Program-made: the position numbers and the translations under genes
Notes under the pieces: model-generated
Seen by the model: only the letters and a program-made list of their open reading frames with translations
The model's database searches: none
Told to the model about the DNA's origin: nothing
Source: Candidatus Moraniibacteriota bacterium
Lineage (GTDB): Bacteria > Patescibacteriota > Minisyncoccia > Moranbacterales > UBA1568
Direction: 5' to 3'
DNA length: 64,000 nucleotides
NCBI GenBank assembly: GCA_903859375.1
Contig: CAIOMK010000059.1
Coordinates: forward strand, 3,438 to 67,437
In this document: piece by piece, positions 20,503 to 29,565 of the stretch
Position numbering within the stretch: the first letter of the stretch is position 1
Layout of the letters: every line of letters begins with the position of its first letter

Positions 20503-20730
20503 GCTGTAGGCAAGACGCTTTTGACCAGAAAAGCCGTCGAAACCATCGACTCATTCCTTGAATATTTATATGGGATAGTGTACTCGAACAATCCGCTCAT
20601 GTCAACGGTTTTATGGCTCAATAAACTCATTTTTTACCTGGACAAAGCCGTTTATTCAAATCGTTTCCCGCGGCTTCATAGCATCTCGGGCCGATTTGGG
20701 GTACTCTTTGGACGAAAAATGCCGTGAGGA

Positions 20731-21714
20731 GTGTATACTAAGGATATGAACGGGATCAAACCGAAACATGAATCAATCGAAACGGACCCGGTCCGTCTTT
20801 TGGCGCGGAAATTCCTCGAACACCTCGAAATCGAACTCAGCCGATCTCCACGAACCATCGACAGTTACGGCCTTTCCCTGAAGAAATTTTTCGTAACGGC
20901 TCATATACGCACACCGGAAGACATCACTCTCGAACGCATCCGTGAGTACCGTCTCCATCTCAACCGAGAGACAACGCCCACCGGCGAACCACTCCGAAAG
21001 ACGACTCAGACCTATCATGTCGTCGTATTGCGTGCATTTCTCAAATATCTCGCCAAAGAGGACATCGTCACCGTGCCTGCGGAGAAAATAGAGGTCGGCA
21101 AGACCCCGACACGTCAGGTCGATTTCCTCGAACTCGAAGAGATCGAGCGGCTTCTCTCGTCCGCATCGGGGGATTCGCTCCGCTCTCTCCGAGACCGCGC
21201 CATCCTCGAGCTCCTGTTCTCGGCCGGACTGCGGGTATCCGAACTCACCTCGCTCGATCGCGACCATGTGAATCTCAATAAGGGCGAATTCAGCATCCGA
21301 GGCAAAGGTGCCAAGCTCCGCATAGTCTTTCTTTCCGACGATGCCGGCGATGCCCTCTTCCGGTACCTCGAAAAACGACGGGATATGGACCCCGCACTCT
21401 TCGTCGCAGTCCCGATCGCAAAAAAAGGCTTCGTCAAAGAGGGGGCTCTCGGGGATATCAGACTCACACAGCGGAGCGTGCAACGGCTGGTCAAGAAATA
21501 CGCAGCCAAGGCCGGCATCGTCAAAGACGTCCATCCGCACACATTGCGCCATTCTTTTGCGACCGACCTCCTCCAAAACGGTGCTGATATCCGATCAGTC
21601 CAAGCCATGCTCGGACACGCATCCATCACGACGACCCAGATATACACCCACGTGACCAATGAACACCTCCGAGAGATCCACGAGGCCTTCCACGCGAAGA
21701 AAAAGAAGAAATAA
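20731..21714 (+). CDS. Tyrosine recombinase, XerC/XerD/phage-integrase family
   Basis: C-terminal catalytic HPHTLRHSFATDLLQNGADIRSVQAMLGHASITTTQIYTHV, and the LRDRAILELLFSAGLRVSEL box. Confidence 0.9.
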   Translation: MYTKDMNGIKPKHESIETDPVRLLARKFLEHLEIELSRSPRTIDSYGLSLKKFFVTAHIRTPEDITLERIREYRLHLNRETTPTGEPLRKTTQTYHVVVLRAFLKYLAKEDIVTVPAEKIEVGKTPTRQVDFLELEEIERLLSSASGDSLRSLRDRAILELLFSAGLRVSELTSLDRDHVNLNKGEFSIRGKGAKLRIVFLSDDAGDALFRYLEKRRDMDPALFVAVPIAKKGFVKEGALGDIRLTQRSVQRLVKKYAAKAGIVKDVHPHTLRHSFATDLLQNGADIRSVQAMLGHASITTTQIYTHVTNEHLREIHEAFHAKKKKK

Positions 21715-21740
21715 AAAAACCCGACCGATATCGGGTTTTC
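21713..21740. terminator. Bidirectional terminator between the recombinase and convergent nrtR
   Basis: A7-CCCGA-ccgata-TCGGG-T4. Confidence 0.55.
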
Positions 21741-21759
21741 AGGTTCAAACACTCTCAAA

Positions 21760-22449
21760 TTACAACACGTCGACCATTCTCGGCTTACGCTCGGTAAACG
21801 AGTAGAGGCGTGCCGGACGGCTCTGTCCGGATTTCCTGACCTTTCCTGATTCCTTTACCAGGCCGATGTCCTGTATTTTCTTGCGGAAATTCCGCTTGTC
21901 GAGCTCGTGTCCGAGGATGATTTCATAGGCCGTCTGCAGTTCGGTCAGGGTGAATTCCTTCGGCAACAGTCCGTATGCGATATTGGAATACCCGAGCTTG
22001 CTCCGGAGGCGCTCGATGCCGGCTGAGACGATCTTCGTATGATCGAATGCCGTCTTAGGAAGACGCGCCGTATCGTACCAGGCGATATCGGAATAGTATT
22101 CGATCGTTGCCGGCAGACATCGGTCGCTGTTCACAAGCGCGAAATACGCCACCGAAATGCTCCGCCCGCGGATGTCGCGATCAACCCCTCCGAACGTATA
22201 CAATTGTTCGAGATAGATATCGTCGACACCCGCTTTCTCGGACAGCACCCGTTCAGCCGCTTGGTCAAGCGACTCGTCCATACGGACCAGTCCGCCCGGA
22301 AGCGCCCATTTTCCATCATACGGACCGCTTCCGATACGAATCAAAAGCACCTTAAGAGTACCGCCGATTACCGAAAAAATAACCATATCGACCGCAAGAA
22401 GCGGCGATGCGTTCAAAGACGGTGCGATGGTCGTTTTCCGGTCGGACAT
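21760..22449 (-). CDS. nrtR: NrtR-type Nudix-related transcriptional regulator. The ORF-track start at 22713 is rejected; start at 22449.
   Basis: Nudix box GKWALPGGLVRMDESLDQAAERVLSEKAG plus C-terminal winged-helix region. The longer ORF would overlap nadR by 218 nt. Confidence 0.7.
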   Translation of the reverse strand: MSDRKTTIAPSLNASPLLAVDMVIFSVIGGTLKVLLIRIGSGPYDGKWALPGGLVRMDESLDQAAERVLSEKAGVDDIYLEQLYTFGGVDRDIRGRSISVAYFALVNSDRCLPATIEYYSDIAWYDTARLPKTAFDHTKIVSAGIERLRSKLGYSNIAYGLLPKEFTLTELQTAYEIILGHELDKRNFRKKIQDIGLVKESGKVRKSGQSRPARLYSFTERKPRMVDVL

Positions 22450-22495
22450 AAGATGAGTGTTACTTCTACAGCATACCCCGGCGGTCCGAACCGCG

Positions 22496-23506
22496 TCAAT
22501 CATATCTTCTCGTCCTGTCGGGAAACGATTCGAAGAATCCGGCGCCATTATCCGAAAGCAACTCCGAACATTCTTGAATCGCCATTTGCAACCGGACATC
22601 ATGATCGCCAGACAGGACAATGAACGGTTTTTGTTCCTTCTCAAGAACTTCACGGAATCGCGCGTGCATGGCATGCCGTATCGATTCCCCGTCACGGATT
22701 CCGTCTTGGACAAACGGGATATCCACGTCGGTCAGAAGATACAAATCGTCGCTCTTTCCTGCATTCCGCTTCGCGACGGAAACGGACCTGGCGCCGAGAT
22801 ACCGTTCATGCCAAAGATCCGTCGCCCACGAATCGGTATCGCAGAACATCAGCTTATCGGCATATCCTATCAGAGCGTCTTCCATCCGGTTCTGTTCATC
22901 GGCGATGAATTCGAATTCGCCCGTAGCCCACGGTGTTCCGGAAGAAATCTTCCCTTCGGTATAGGTCCGACCGAATTCCGGAACCCATGTCGTCTTGAAA
23001 TACTCCGCCAAAGCCTTCGACATGGTCGTGGTTCCCGTCGATTCCGCCCCGACCACAACGACGCGCCTGACGAAATATGAACGGACGATCGGATGCAGAT
23101 ATTCCCAGTTCGCATACAGGTCTCCACGTATCATCGTGGCTGAAACAGGAATATGTTCCCGCTTCAAGTCAACCAAGACGTGTTCGGCTCCGAGAAGGCG
23201 CGCATATGTCTCGCCGTATGTTTCGGAAGTGAACACCTTGTCCGGACGGTATCCGAGAAACTGCACCGTATACTTCGCCCATGCCGCGGAATCGTCATCT
23301 TGCATAATATCGGCGACGACCAACACGGTGACGGATGGATGAATCGCTTTGATCCACCGGGCTCGGGTCTCCCCCGAGATACCTTGATCGGAGCGCTCAC
23401 AGACCGCGACTGTCACCGCGTCGGACTGTCGCAGCGCCTCCTCAATAAGGAACGAGTGCCCCTTATGGAGCGGATAAAACTTTCCTACGACGAATCCCCG
23501 TGTCAT
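22496..23506 (-). CDS. nadR: NadR-like bifunctional NMN adenylyltransferase / ribosylnicotinamide kinase, with no HTH domain
   Basis: NMNAT motif GKFYPLHKGH and RNK P-loop VVGAESTGTTT. Start is at the internal Met (MTRGFVVGKF), in an ATGA overlap with pnuC. Confidence 0.8.
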   Translation of the reverse strand: MTRGFVVGKFYPLHKGHSFLIEEALRQSDAVTVAVCERSDQGISGETRARWIKAIHPSVTVLVVADIMQDDDSAAWAKYTVQFLGYRPDKVFTSETYGETYARLLGAEHVLVDLKREHIPVSATMIRGDLYANWEYLHPIVRSYFVRRVVVVGAESTGTTTMSKALAEYFKTTWVPEFGRTYTEGKISSGTPWATGEFEFIADEQNRMEDALIGYADKLMFCDTDSWATDLWHERYLGARSVSVAKRNAGKSDDLYLLTDVDIPFVQDGIRDGESIRHAMHARFREVLEKEQKPFIVLSGDHDVRLQMAIQECSELLSDNGAGFFESFPDRTRRYD

Positions 23507-24210
23507 ATGGAAGACATCTCCTTTCTTGTAGGAATGACCGGTTCGGACACCGGCGCCCCCTTCTTCCGCGTTTCCCGTTTCCACTCGACCAGCCCCAAAG
23601 TGGCGAGTACGAGGAAGACGAGATACAGCATGGACACAAATCGGACTTCCTTCGCCGCATAGAGCCATATCCCGATGACATCCACTACGATCCACAAGTA
23701 CCAGTTATCAACGATCCGGAAGATCATGAGCATCTGTGCCGCGAAACTCATCACGGTCGTCACTGCATCGAGATATGGGAACGATGCCGGCTCCTGGAAA
23801 ATTGATGGCCACCATTCGTTCACGTGACCCATGAACCATCCGAGAGCAAGCGTACCGACAACGATGAATACCGTGGTGAACACCCGTTCCTTCAGTGTAC
23901 CGAAGCGGACGAGCGCCTCGCTGGATGAGACATCGCCGCCCTTCTCCACCTTGGCCCAGACCCACCATCCATAGAAACCAGACAGGAGATAGTAGATCTG
24001 TTCCACGAAATCGGAGTACAGACGGATCTGGAAGAAAAGTGCGCCGTACAGTATGACTGCGACAATCCCGATCGGCCAGTTCAGGATATGCTTTCTCGCC
24101 ACCAGCCAGACCGCGGCGATATTGAGAACCGTCCCAAAAAATTCCAGATAGCTCATCGGATATCCGAGAACCGAGAAGAGCACGTTGTCGATGCTGAAGA
24201 ATGAAATCAT
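23503..24210 (-). CDS. pnuC: PnuC nicotinamide riboside transporter
   Basis: 7-8 TM protein with the PnuC-type Trp-rich motifs SGFYGWWVW and VDNWYLWIVVD. Confidence 0.8.
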   Translation of the reverse strand: MISFFSIDNVLFSVLGYPMSYLEFFGTVLNIAAVWLVARKHILNWPIGIVAVILYGALFFQIRLYSDFVEQIYYLLSGFYGWWVWAKVEKGGDVSSSEALVRFGTLKERVFTTVFIVVGTLALGWFMGHVNEWWPSIFQEPASFPYLDAVTTVMSFAAQMLMIFRIVDNWYLWIVVDVIGIWLYAAKEVRFVSMLYLVFLVLATLGLVEWKRETRKKGAPVSEPVIPTRKEMSSI

Positions 24211-24307
24211 ACGGGCGTTCGATTAGACTGATGAATACTGTTCGGAACGGACTCTTCACTCTGTGCATATGCCGACTCGACCCTCGGCATACTTCTCCGT
24301 CCCTTTG

Positions 24308-24328
24308 TTAGTGTATTATACACACTAA
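24308..24328. promoter_or_regulatory. Candidate NrtR operator 1 (perfect 7-N7-7 palindrome TTAGTGTATTATACACACTAA) overlapping the -10 of the minus-strand pnuC promoter (TTGACA 24342..24337, N16, TATAAT 24320..24315)
   Basis: Inverted repeat read directly from the sequence. Near-identical to site 2. Located between divergent NAD-salvage operons next to nrtR. Confidence 0.5.
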
Positions 24329-24539
24329 ATAATTCCTGTCAATGATCCGTCGGGAAAAAACGCGCCTGACGATAGTCTTTCCACGTAACGGCGACGAGTG
24401 ATCCCGCGAGCGGCTCCCGATCGGGACCAACGCGACAGCATGTCAAAAAACGGCCCACAGAGCGATATTTCCGCATGTACGGAATCGATACGCCTCCGTA
24501 CCGGTCACCGTAGCCAGACTTTTCTTGACAACGATTATA

Positions 24540-24558
24540 TAGTGTGTATAATACACTT
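24540..24558. promoter_or_regulatory. Candidate NrtR operator 2 (TAGTGTGTATAATACACTT) overlapping the -10 of the plus-strand nadM promoter (TTGACA 24525-24530, N15, TATAAT 24546-24551)
   Basis: Shares the 17-mer core AGTGTGTATAATACACT with operator 1 read on the opposite strand. Confidence 0.5.
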
Positions 24559-24766
24559 AGTAAGGACAGGAAAGGAATACGGAAAGACAGATCGGAAAAA
24601 CGGCTCACGACAACCGACGGGACCCATATCAGTTCCCGGCATCGCTGCCACAAGCCTCATCGAAGATCTTCCCCCGATGCCACAGGCATCGGCACTCCGT
24701 TCCCTACTTAGTGTACTTACTACAATATTAGTATCTTCACAACCGAAAAATCATAAGGAGAACAGC

Positions 24767-25678
24767 ATGGGACAGAAACGACTCGCCGTCATCATCGGCC
24801 GATTTCAGGTCGCAAGGCTGCATGGGGGACATCGCCACCTCATCGAAACGGCACGTGCGGAAGCCGACATGGTGCTCATCCTTCTCGGAAGCACCTCCGG
24901 ATTCCCATCGTCGCGCAATCCGCTTCCGTATCTCGTACGGAAAGCGATGATCGAAACGGAATTTCCGGACATCATCGTCGCAGAGCTTCCAGATCGCCAC
25001 ACAAACAGACTGTGGTCGGACAGTATCGATCATATCGTCACGACGACCTTTCCCGGATATGAGGCCCGCCTTTACGGGTCCCGGGACAGTTTTATCCCCT
25101 GTTATGACGGACTCCTGCCATGCGTCCTCATCCGGCCGGCGATAGCGCCGTCCGGGACGGAGCTCCGAGCGGGAATTTCCTCTTCGGACTACGGGAAAAG
25201 CGATTTCCGGGCAGGCATCATCCATGCACAGACCCTCCGTGAACCGATTTCCTATCAGGCAGTCGACATCGCGGTCATCCGGTACCCGGGAAACGAGGTC
25301 TTGCTCGGAAAAAAGAACTGCGACGGAGGAAAACTCCGCTTCATCGGAGGATTCACTGATCCTTCGGATGCATCACTCGAGACGGCCGCCCTCCGGGAAT
25401 TGAACGAGGAGGCTGGTTGCATCGATTGCCATGCGGTCGATTACCTCGGTTCGTTCCGTGTACCGGATCATCGGTATCTCGGAGCGGAAGACCAGGTCAT
25501 GACGGCATTCTTCGCCGCTTATCACCTCTCCGGGCTTCCGAAAGCCGGCGACGACATCGACGAGGTCGCCTGGATCCTGATCGGGGACATCTCATCGTGC
25601 ATCGTGCAGAATCATCTGCCTCTCGCAAAGAGACTCATCACCTTCATCAACGAAACAAAAACAGGAGTCCCCGCATGA
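24767..25678 (+). CDS. nadM: NadM-like NMN adenylyltransferase fused to a Nudix (ADP-ribose pyrophosphatase) domain. Start at ATG 24767 after AAGGAG; the ORF-track start at 24398 is rejected.
   Basis: GRFQVARLHGGH nucleotidyltransferase motif and Nudix box GGFTDPSDASLETAALRELNEEAG. Confidence 0.7.
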   Translation: MGQKRLAVIIGRFQVARLHGGHRHLIETARAEADMVLILLGSTSGFPSSRNPLPYLVRKAMIETEFPDIIVAELPDRHTNRLWSDSIDHIVTTTFPGYEARLYGSRDSFIPCYDGLLPCVLIRPAIAPSGTELRAGISSSDYGKSDFRAGIIHAQTLREPISYQAVDIAVIRYPGNEVLLGKKNCDGGKLRFIGGFTDPSDASLETAALRELNEEAGCIDCHAVDYLGSFRVPDHRYLGAEDQVMTAFFAAYHLSGLPKAGDDIDEVAWILIGDISSCIVQNHLPLAKRLITFINETKTGVPA

Positions 25679-27063
25679 ACACCGACGAAAACATCATCCT
25701 CCTGACCGACAGCTACAAACCGTCACATTGGAGACAATACCCCGACAAGACGACCGGTATCTACGGTTTTCTCGAAAGCCGTGGCGGAGTTTTTCCGGAA
25801 ATACTGTTCTTCGGTCTCCAGTATTTCCTCAAGAAATATCTCTCCGGCTCGGTCGTCAGCAAGGAGAATATCATCGAGGCGCGCGAGCTCCTCGGTGAGC
25901 ATTTCGGAAACAGCTCGATTTTCAACGAAGCGGGCTGGACCAGGATCCTCGAACATCACGGCGGCCGTCTGCCTGTTCGGATCAAGGCGGTACCCGAAGG
26001 GACCGTCGTGCCGAACTCGAACGTCCTTCTGACTATGGAGAGCACCGATCCCGGACTGGCATGGCTCCCGAACTACCTTGATCCGCTCCTGACAGAGCTC
26101 TGGTACCCCTGTACTGCGGCGACCCAAAGCCGTGCGATGAAAGATATCATCCTCGAATACCTCGAGGAAACCGGAGATACTGGACTGATTGATTTCAAAC
26201 TGCACGACTTCGGATTCCGCGGATCGACCAGTCCCGAATCAGCCGGCATCGGAGGAGCCGCACACCTGGTGAACTTCAAGGGAAGCGACAACCTCACCGC
26301 GATCCGAATGCTCCGCCGGCTCTATTCCGAACCGATGGCGGGATTTTCCATCCCGGCGGCGGAACACAGCACGATAACGTCTTGGGGAAAGCAACACGAG
26401 GTGGACGCGTTTCGCAACATGCTCGAGCAATTCCCCGAAGGTCTGGCCGCTGTCGTTTCCGACAGCTACGACATATTCCATGCCTGTCGGACACTTTGGG
26501 GCAAGGAACTCAGGGAAAAAGTCCTCGGCAGGAACGGCACGCTCGTCGTCCGTCCGGACAGCGGCGACCCTGCTACGGTCGTCGTCGAAGTATTGAACAT
26601 CCTCGGTGAGGCCTTCGGTACGGAAATGAACGCGAAAGGTTACAAGGTGCTCGACCCGCATGTCCGAGTCATCCAAGGAGACGGCATCGACCTCCACTCG
26701 CTTCCACTAATCTTGTCTCATATGAAGAGACACGGGTGGTCGGCTGACAACGTCGCCTTCGGTTCCGGAGGCGGACTGCTCCAGAAAATGAACCGCGACA
26801 CGAACCGTTTCGCATTCAAATGCTCGGCAGCCGAAATCGACGGGGCTTGGAAAGATGACATCATGAAAGACCCGGTCACCGACCCCGGCAAACGTTCCAA
26901 AGCCGGCAGGATGAAACTCATCCAAGAAAACGGCACACTCCGGACGGTATGCGAAAGCGCACCCGGAGAAGACCGACTCGTAACGGTATTCGAGAACGGC
27001 CGGTTACTCCAAGACTGGTCGCTCGCGGAAATACGCGATCGGGCAAACGACAAGAACGAATAA
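25675..27063 (+). CDS. nadV: Nicotinamide phosphoribosyltransferase (NAMPT/NadV). Start in ATGA overlap with nadM; the ORF-track start at 25417 is rejected.
   Basis: [24 protein letters not shown]-terminus and full-length NAPRTase-family similarity (GTSPESAG, DSYD). Confidence 0.85.
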   Translation: MNTDENIILLTDSYKPSHWRQYPDKTTGIYGFLESRGGVFPEILFFGLQYFLKKYLSGSVVSKENIIEARELLGEHFGNSSIFNEAGWTRILEHHGGRLPVRIKAVPEGTVVPNSNVLLTMESTDPGLAWLPNYLDPLLTELWYPCTAATQSRAMKDIILEYLEETGDTGLIDFKLHDFGFRGSTSPESAGIGGAAHLVNFKGSDNLTAIRMLRRLYSEPMAGFSIPAAEHSTITSWGKQHEVDAFRNMLEQFPEGLAAVVSDSYDIFHACRTLWGKELREKVLGRNGTLVVRPDSGDPATVVVEVLNILGEAFGTEMNAKGYKVLDPHVRVIQGDGIDLHSLPLILSHMKRHGWSADNVAFGSGGGLLQKMNRDTNRFAFKCSAAEIDGAWKDDIMKDPVTDPGKRSKAGRMKLIQENGTLRTVCESAPGEDRLVTVFENGRLLQDWSLAEIRDRANDKNE

Positions 27064-27065
27064 AA

Positions 27066-27100
27066 AAAGCGTTCCGAAAACCATCGGAGCGCTTTTTCTT
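27066..27100. terminator. Bidirectional terminator between nadV and convergent uvrD
   Basis: Imperfect hairpin GCGTTCCGA/TCGGAGCGC with T-run, flanked by an A-run. Confidence 0.5.
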
Positions 27101-27113
27101 TTTCATCCGGTAT

Positions 27114-29405
27114 TTACACTTTCTTCAAAGGAGCCGTTCCGAGCATCAGTTTCTTCACACCGACCCGGCGGAAGGCGACCGTAGCAATCGTGCCGGCAAT
27201 CGCGACGACGATACCGCTACCGAAATCCGGATGTTCGACATTGTCACCCGGTCGGAGATTCGTTTCCTTGGTCGCCGGAGGCCCTCCGGATTTTGCCTTG
27301 GAATCGGGAGATTTCGGCAAATCCAACGAGTCGGAAATTTTGCGGTTCACCCCGCCCCTGTTCGCGAACAACGCGGAACTTCCGTACCGGGGCCGCTTCG
27401 ATTTCGGCATTGCCGACAAGAGGGACGGGCGTTCATCCTCAACCACTTCTTCCAAAAGATGCACCGGTATTTCCGCGACGAAACGGGACGCCGGATTCAC
27501 GCTTGTCGAGCCGAACAACATCCGTGACTCCGCCGAAAGCAGATACAGTTTCTCTTTGGCTCTGGTGAGTCCGACATACATGAGACGTCGTTCTTCCTCA
27601 AGGTCTTCTTCTGAAAATGCGCTCCTTGAATGAGGGAAGACGCCCTCTTCGAGTCCGACGAGGAAAACGATCGGAAACTCGAGCCCCTTTGAACTGTGGA
27701 GTGTCATGAGATGCACCGAATCGGCGGATTTGTCGATCGTATCCGTATCGGACGAGAGCGCGACATCCTCAAGAAATGCCTGAAGCGCTTCCCTGAGAGG
27801 CCGACCGTCGAATTTCTTGGCGACACTGAAAAGCTCGCGGACATTCTGTTCATGGTCTTCCCCTTCGGGAGTCCCATCACGGAGAGAAAGCAAATATCCG
27901 GAGTCGGTGGCAAGCCTCTCGACGAGAGCTGAGAACATGGGATCCGGTTGCTCCCGTTCGGTTTCTTCCCTCAACTCGCCCAAAAACGAGGCGAAATTCC
28001 GAATGATGATAATTTTCTTTTCCGGTATGCCGCTTTCCGACGTCGTGAGCGAACGTGCCGCGACGAATGGGTTCTCACCACGCGATTCGGCGAAGGTGAT
28101 CCACTTGGCAAGCGTCACGGAACCGATCGTCCTCTTCGGTTCGTTGATGACGCGTTCGAGCGCGAGGGAGTCCCACGGATTGAGAAGGAGTCTCGCATAC
28201 GCGATGACATCCTTCACTTCTTTGCGCTGATAAAATTTGAGGCCACCGACGATCCGATACTGTATGGAGTAACGCAAGAATGCCTCTTCGAGTACGCGCG
28301 ATTGGGCGTTCGTGCGGTAAAGCACCGCAAAATCCCCGAAGGCGCGACCATCCTTCACCCGTGCCGCGACCGTCCGTGCGACGAATTCCGCCTCGTCGGA
28401 CTCGTCTCGGAGCGTGCGGGCGGTGATGAGCTCGCCTTCCTTCACGTCGGTCCACAGTTTCTTCTCTCGTTGACTGCGGTTCTTGGCGATGACGCTCCCC
28501 GCCGCATCGAGAATGATCTGTGTCGATCGGTAGTTGCGTTCGAGCATGATGACCTCGGCCTCCGGATAATCCTTTTCGAATTCGAGAATATTGCGGATAT
28601 CCGCCTGTCGCCACCGATAGATGGACTGATAATCGTCGCCGATGACGAACAGGTTCCGCCGCTTCATCGCAAGCAACCTGATAAGCTCGTACTGGAGCGG
28701 GTTCGTATCCTGATATTCGTCCACCATCACGTACTCAAAAAGATCCTGATACCGGGCGAGCGCTTCCTCCGATGTCCGGAACAGTTTCACGACGAGTCTC
28801 AGGAGGTCATCAAAATCAAGGCTTTGCGTCTTGAGCAACTCCGCCTGATAGCGCCGATACACTTTCGCGACGAGCTCCTCATAATATCCGGATGCGCGGA
28901 GAGCATACCCCTCGGCTTCGAGTGAATCGCCCTTCGCACGGGAGATCGCCTCGAGTACGGACCGGGGCTTCACCTGATCGGCATCGATCTCGAGCGCCTT
29001 CATCGCCGTCCGGACGATACTGATCTGATCGTCCGCATCAAGGATGTTGAATCGCGGGTCGAGGCCGAGTATGCCGATATCGTTACGAAGAATCTTGGCC
29101 GAGATGGCATGGAAGGTCCCGATATGGGGAAATCCGCGAAACGATATCGGGTCGTCACTTTCATCTGCCGCAGTCGCTAACAAGCTTTCTATACGGTCGC
29201 GCATCTCGCCGGCCGCCTTGTTCGTGAACGTGACCGCGAGAATATTTCCCGGTTGCACGTTTTTCGCGGCGATGAGATAGGCGATCCGATGTGTCAGCGT
29301 TTTTGTCTTGCCTGATCCGGCACCAGCGAGGATAAGTACCGGCCCCTCCGTCTTAAGTACGGCCTTTTTTTGCTCGGGATTAAGCCCTTTTTCCCAGAAT
29401 TGCAT
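27114..29405 (-). CDS. uvrD: UvrD/PcrA-family ATP-dependent DNA helicase
   Basis: LNPEQKKAV...LAGAGSGKTKTLTHRIAYL Walker A, and UvrD motifs II-VI. Confidence 0.9.
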   Translation of the reverse strand: MQFWEKGLNPEQKKAVLKTEGPVLILAGAGSGKTKTLTHRIAYLIAAKNVQPGNILAVTFTNKAAGEMRDRIESLLATAADESDDPISFRGFPHIGTFHAISAKILRNDIGILGLDPRFNILDADDQISIVRTAMKALEIDADQVKPRSVLEAISRAKGDSLEAEGYALRASGYYEELVAKVYRRYQAELLKTQSLDFDDLLRLVVKLFRTSEEALARYQDLFEYVMVDEYQDTNPLQYELIRLLAMKRRNLFVIGDDYQSIYRWRQADIRNILEFEKDYPEAEVIMLERNYRSTQIILDAAGSVIAKNRSQREKKLWTDVKEGELITARTLRDESDEAEFVARTVAARVKDGRAFGDFAVLYRTNAQSRVLEEAFLRYSIQYRIVGGLKFYQRKEVKDVIAYARLLLNPWDSLALERVINEPKRTIGSVTLAKWITFAESRGENPFVAARSLTTSESGIPEKKIIIIRNFASFLGELREETEREQPDPMFSALVERLATDSGYLLSLRDGTPEGEDHEQNVRELFSVAKKFDGRPLREALQAFLEDVALSSDTDTIDKSADSVHLMTLHSSKGLEFPIVFLVGLEEGVFPHSRSAFSEEDLEEERRLMYVGLTRAKEKLYLLSAESRMLFGSTSVNPASRFVAEIPVHLLEEVVEDERPSLLSAMPKSKRPRYGSSALFANRGGVNRKISDSLDLPKSPDSKAKSGGPPATKETNLRPGDNVEHPDFGSGIVVAIAGTIATVAFRRVGVKKLMLGTAPLKKV

Positions 29406-29565
29406 ACGATATACGGTTCATTTTTTCGACAGTGGTCCCGTCCAGTGTACCATGCGAGGAAGAGGAGAGAAAGCGTACGTCCGGTCCGGACACACGCCGT
29501 AGAAACGGGTTCTTATAATAAAAGAAAGGTCTCCGTTCGGAAACCTTTCTCAAAAAATATTGTCG

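Noticed and set aside
20773-21758. Minus-strand ORFs 20773..21576 (267 aa) and 21114..21758 (214 aa)
   Set aside because: They are antisense to the tyrosine recombinase gene, which has an unambiguous catalytic motif.
24398-24766. Upstream 123 codons of the nadM ORF-track model
   Set aside because: They span the divergent promoter/operator region. A clear AAGGAG-supported ATG at 24767 begins the conserved protein.
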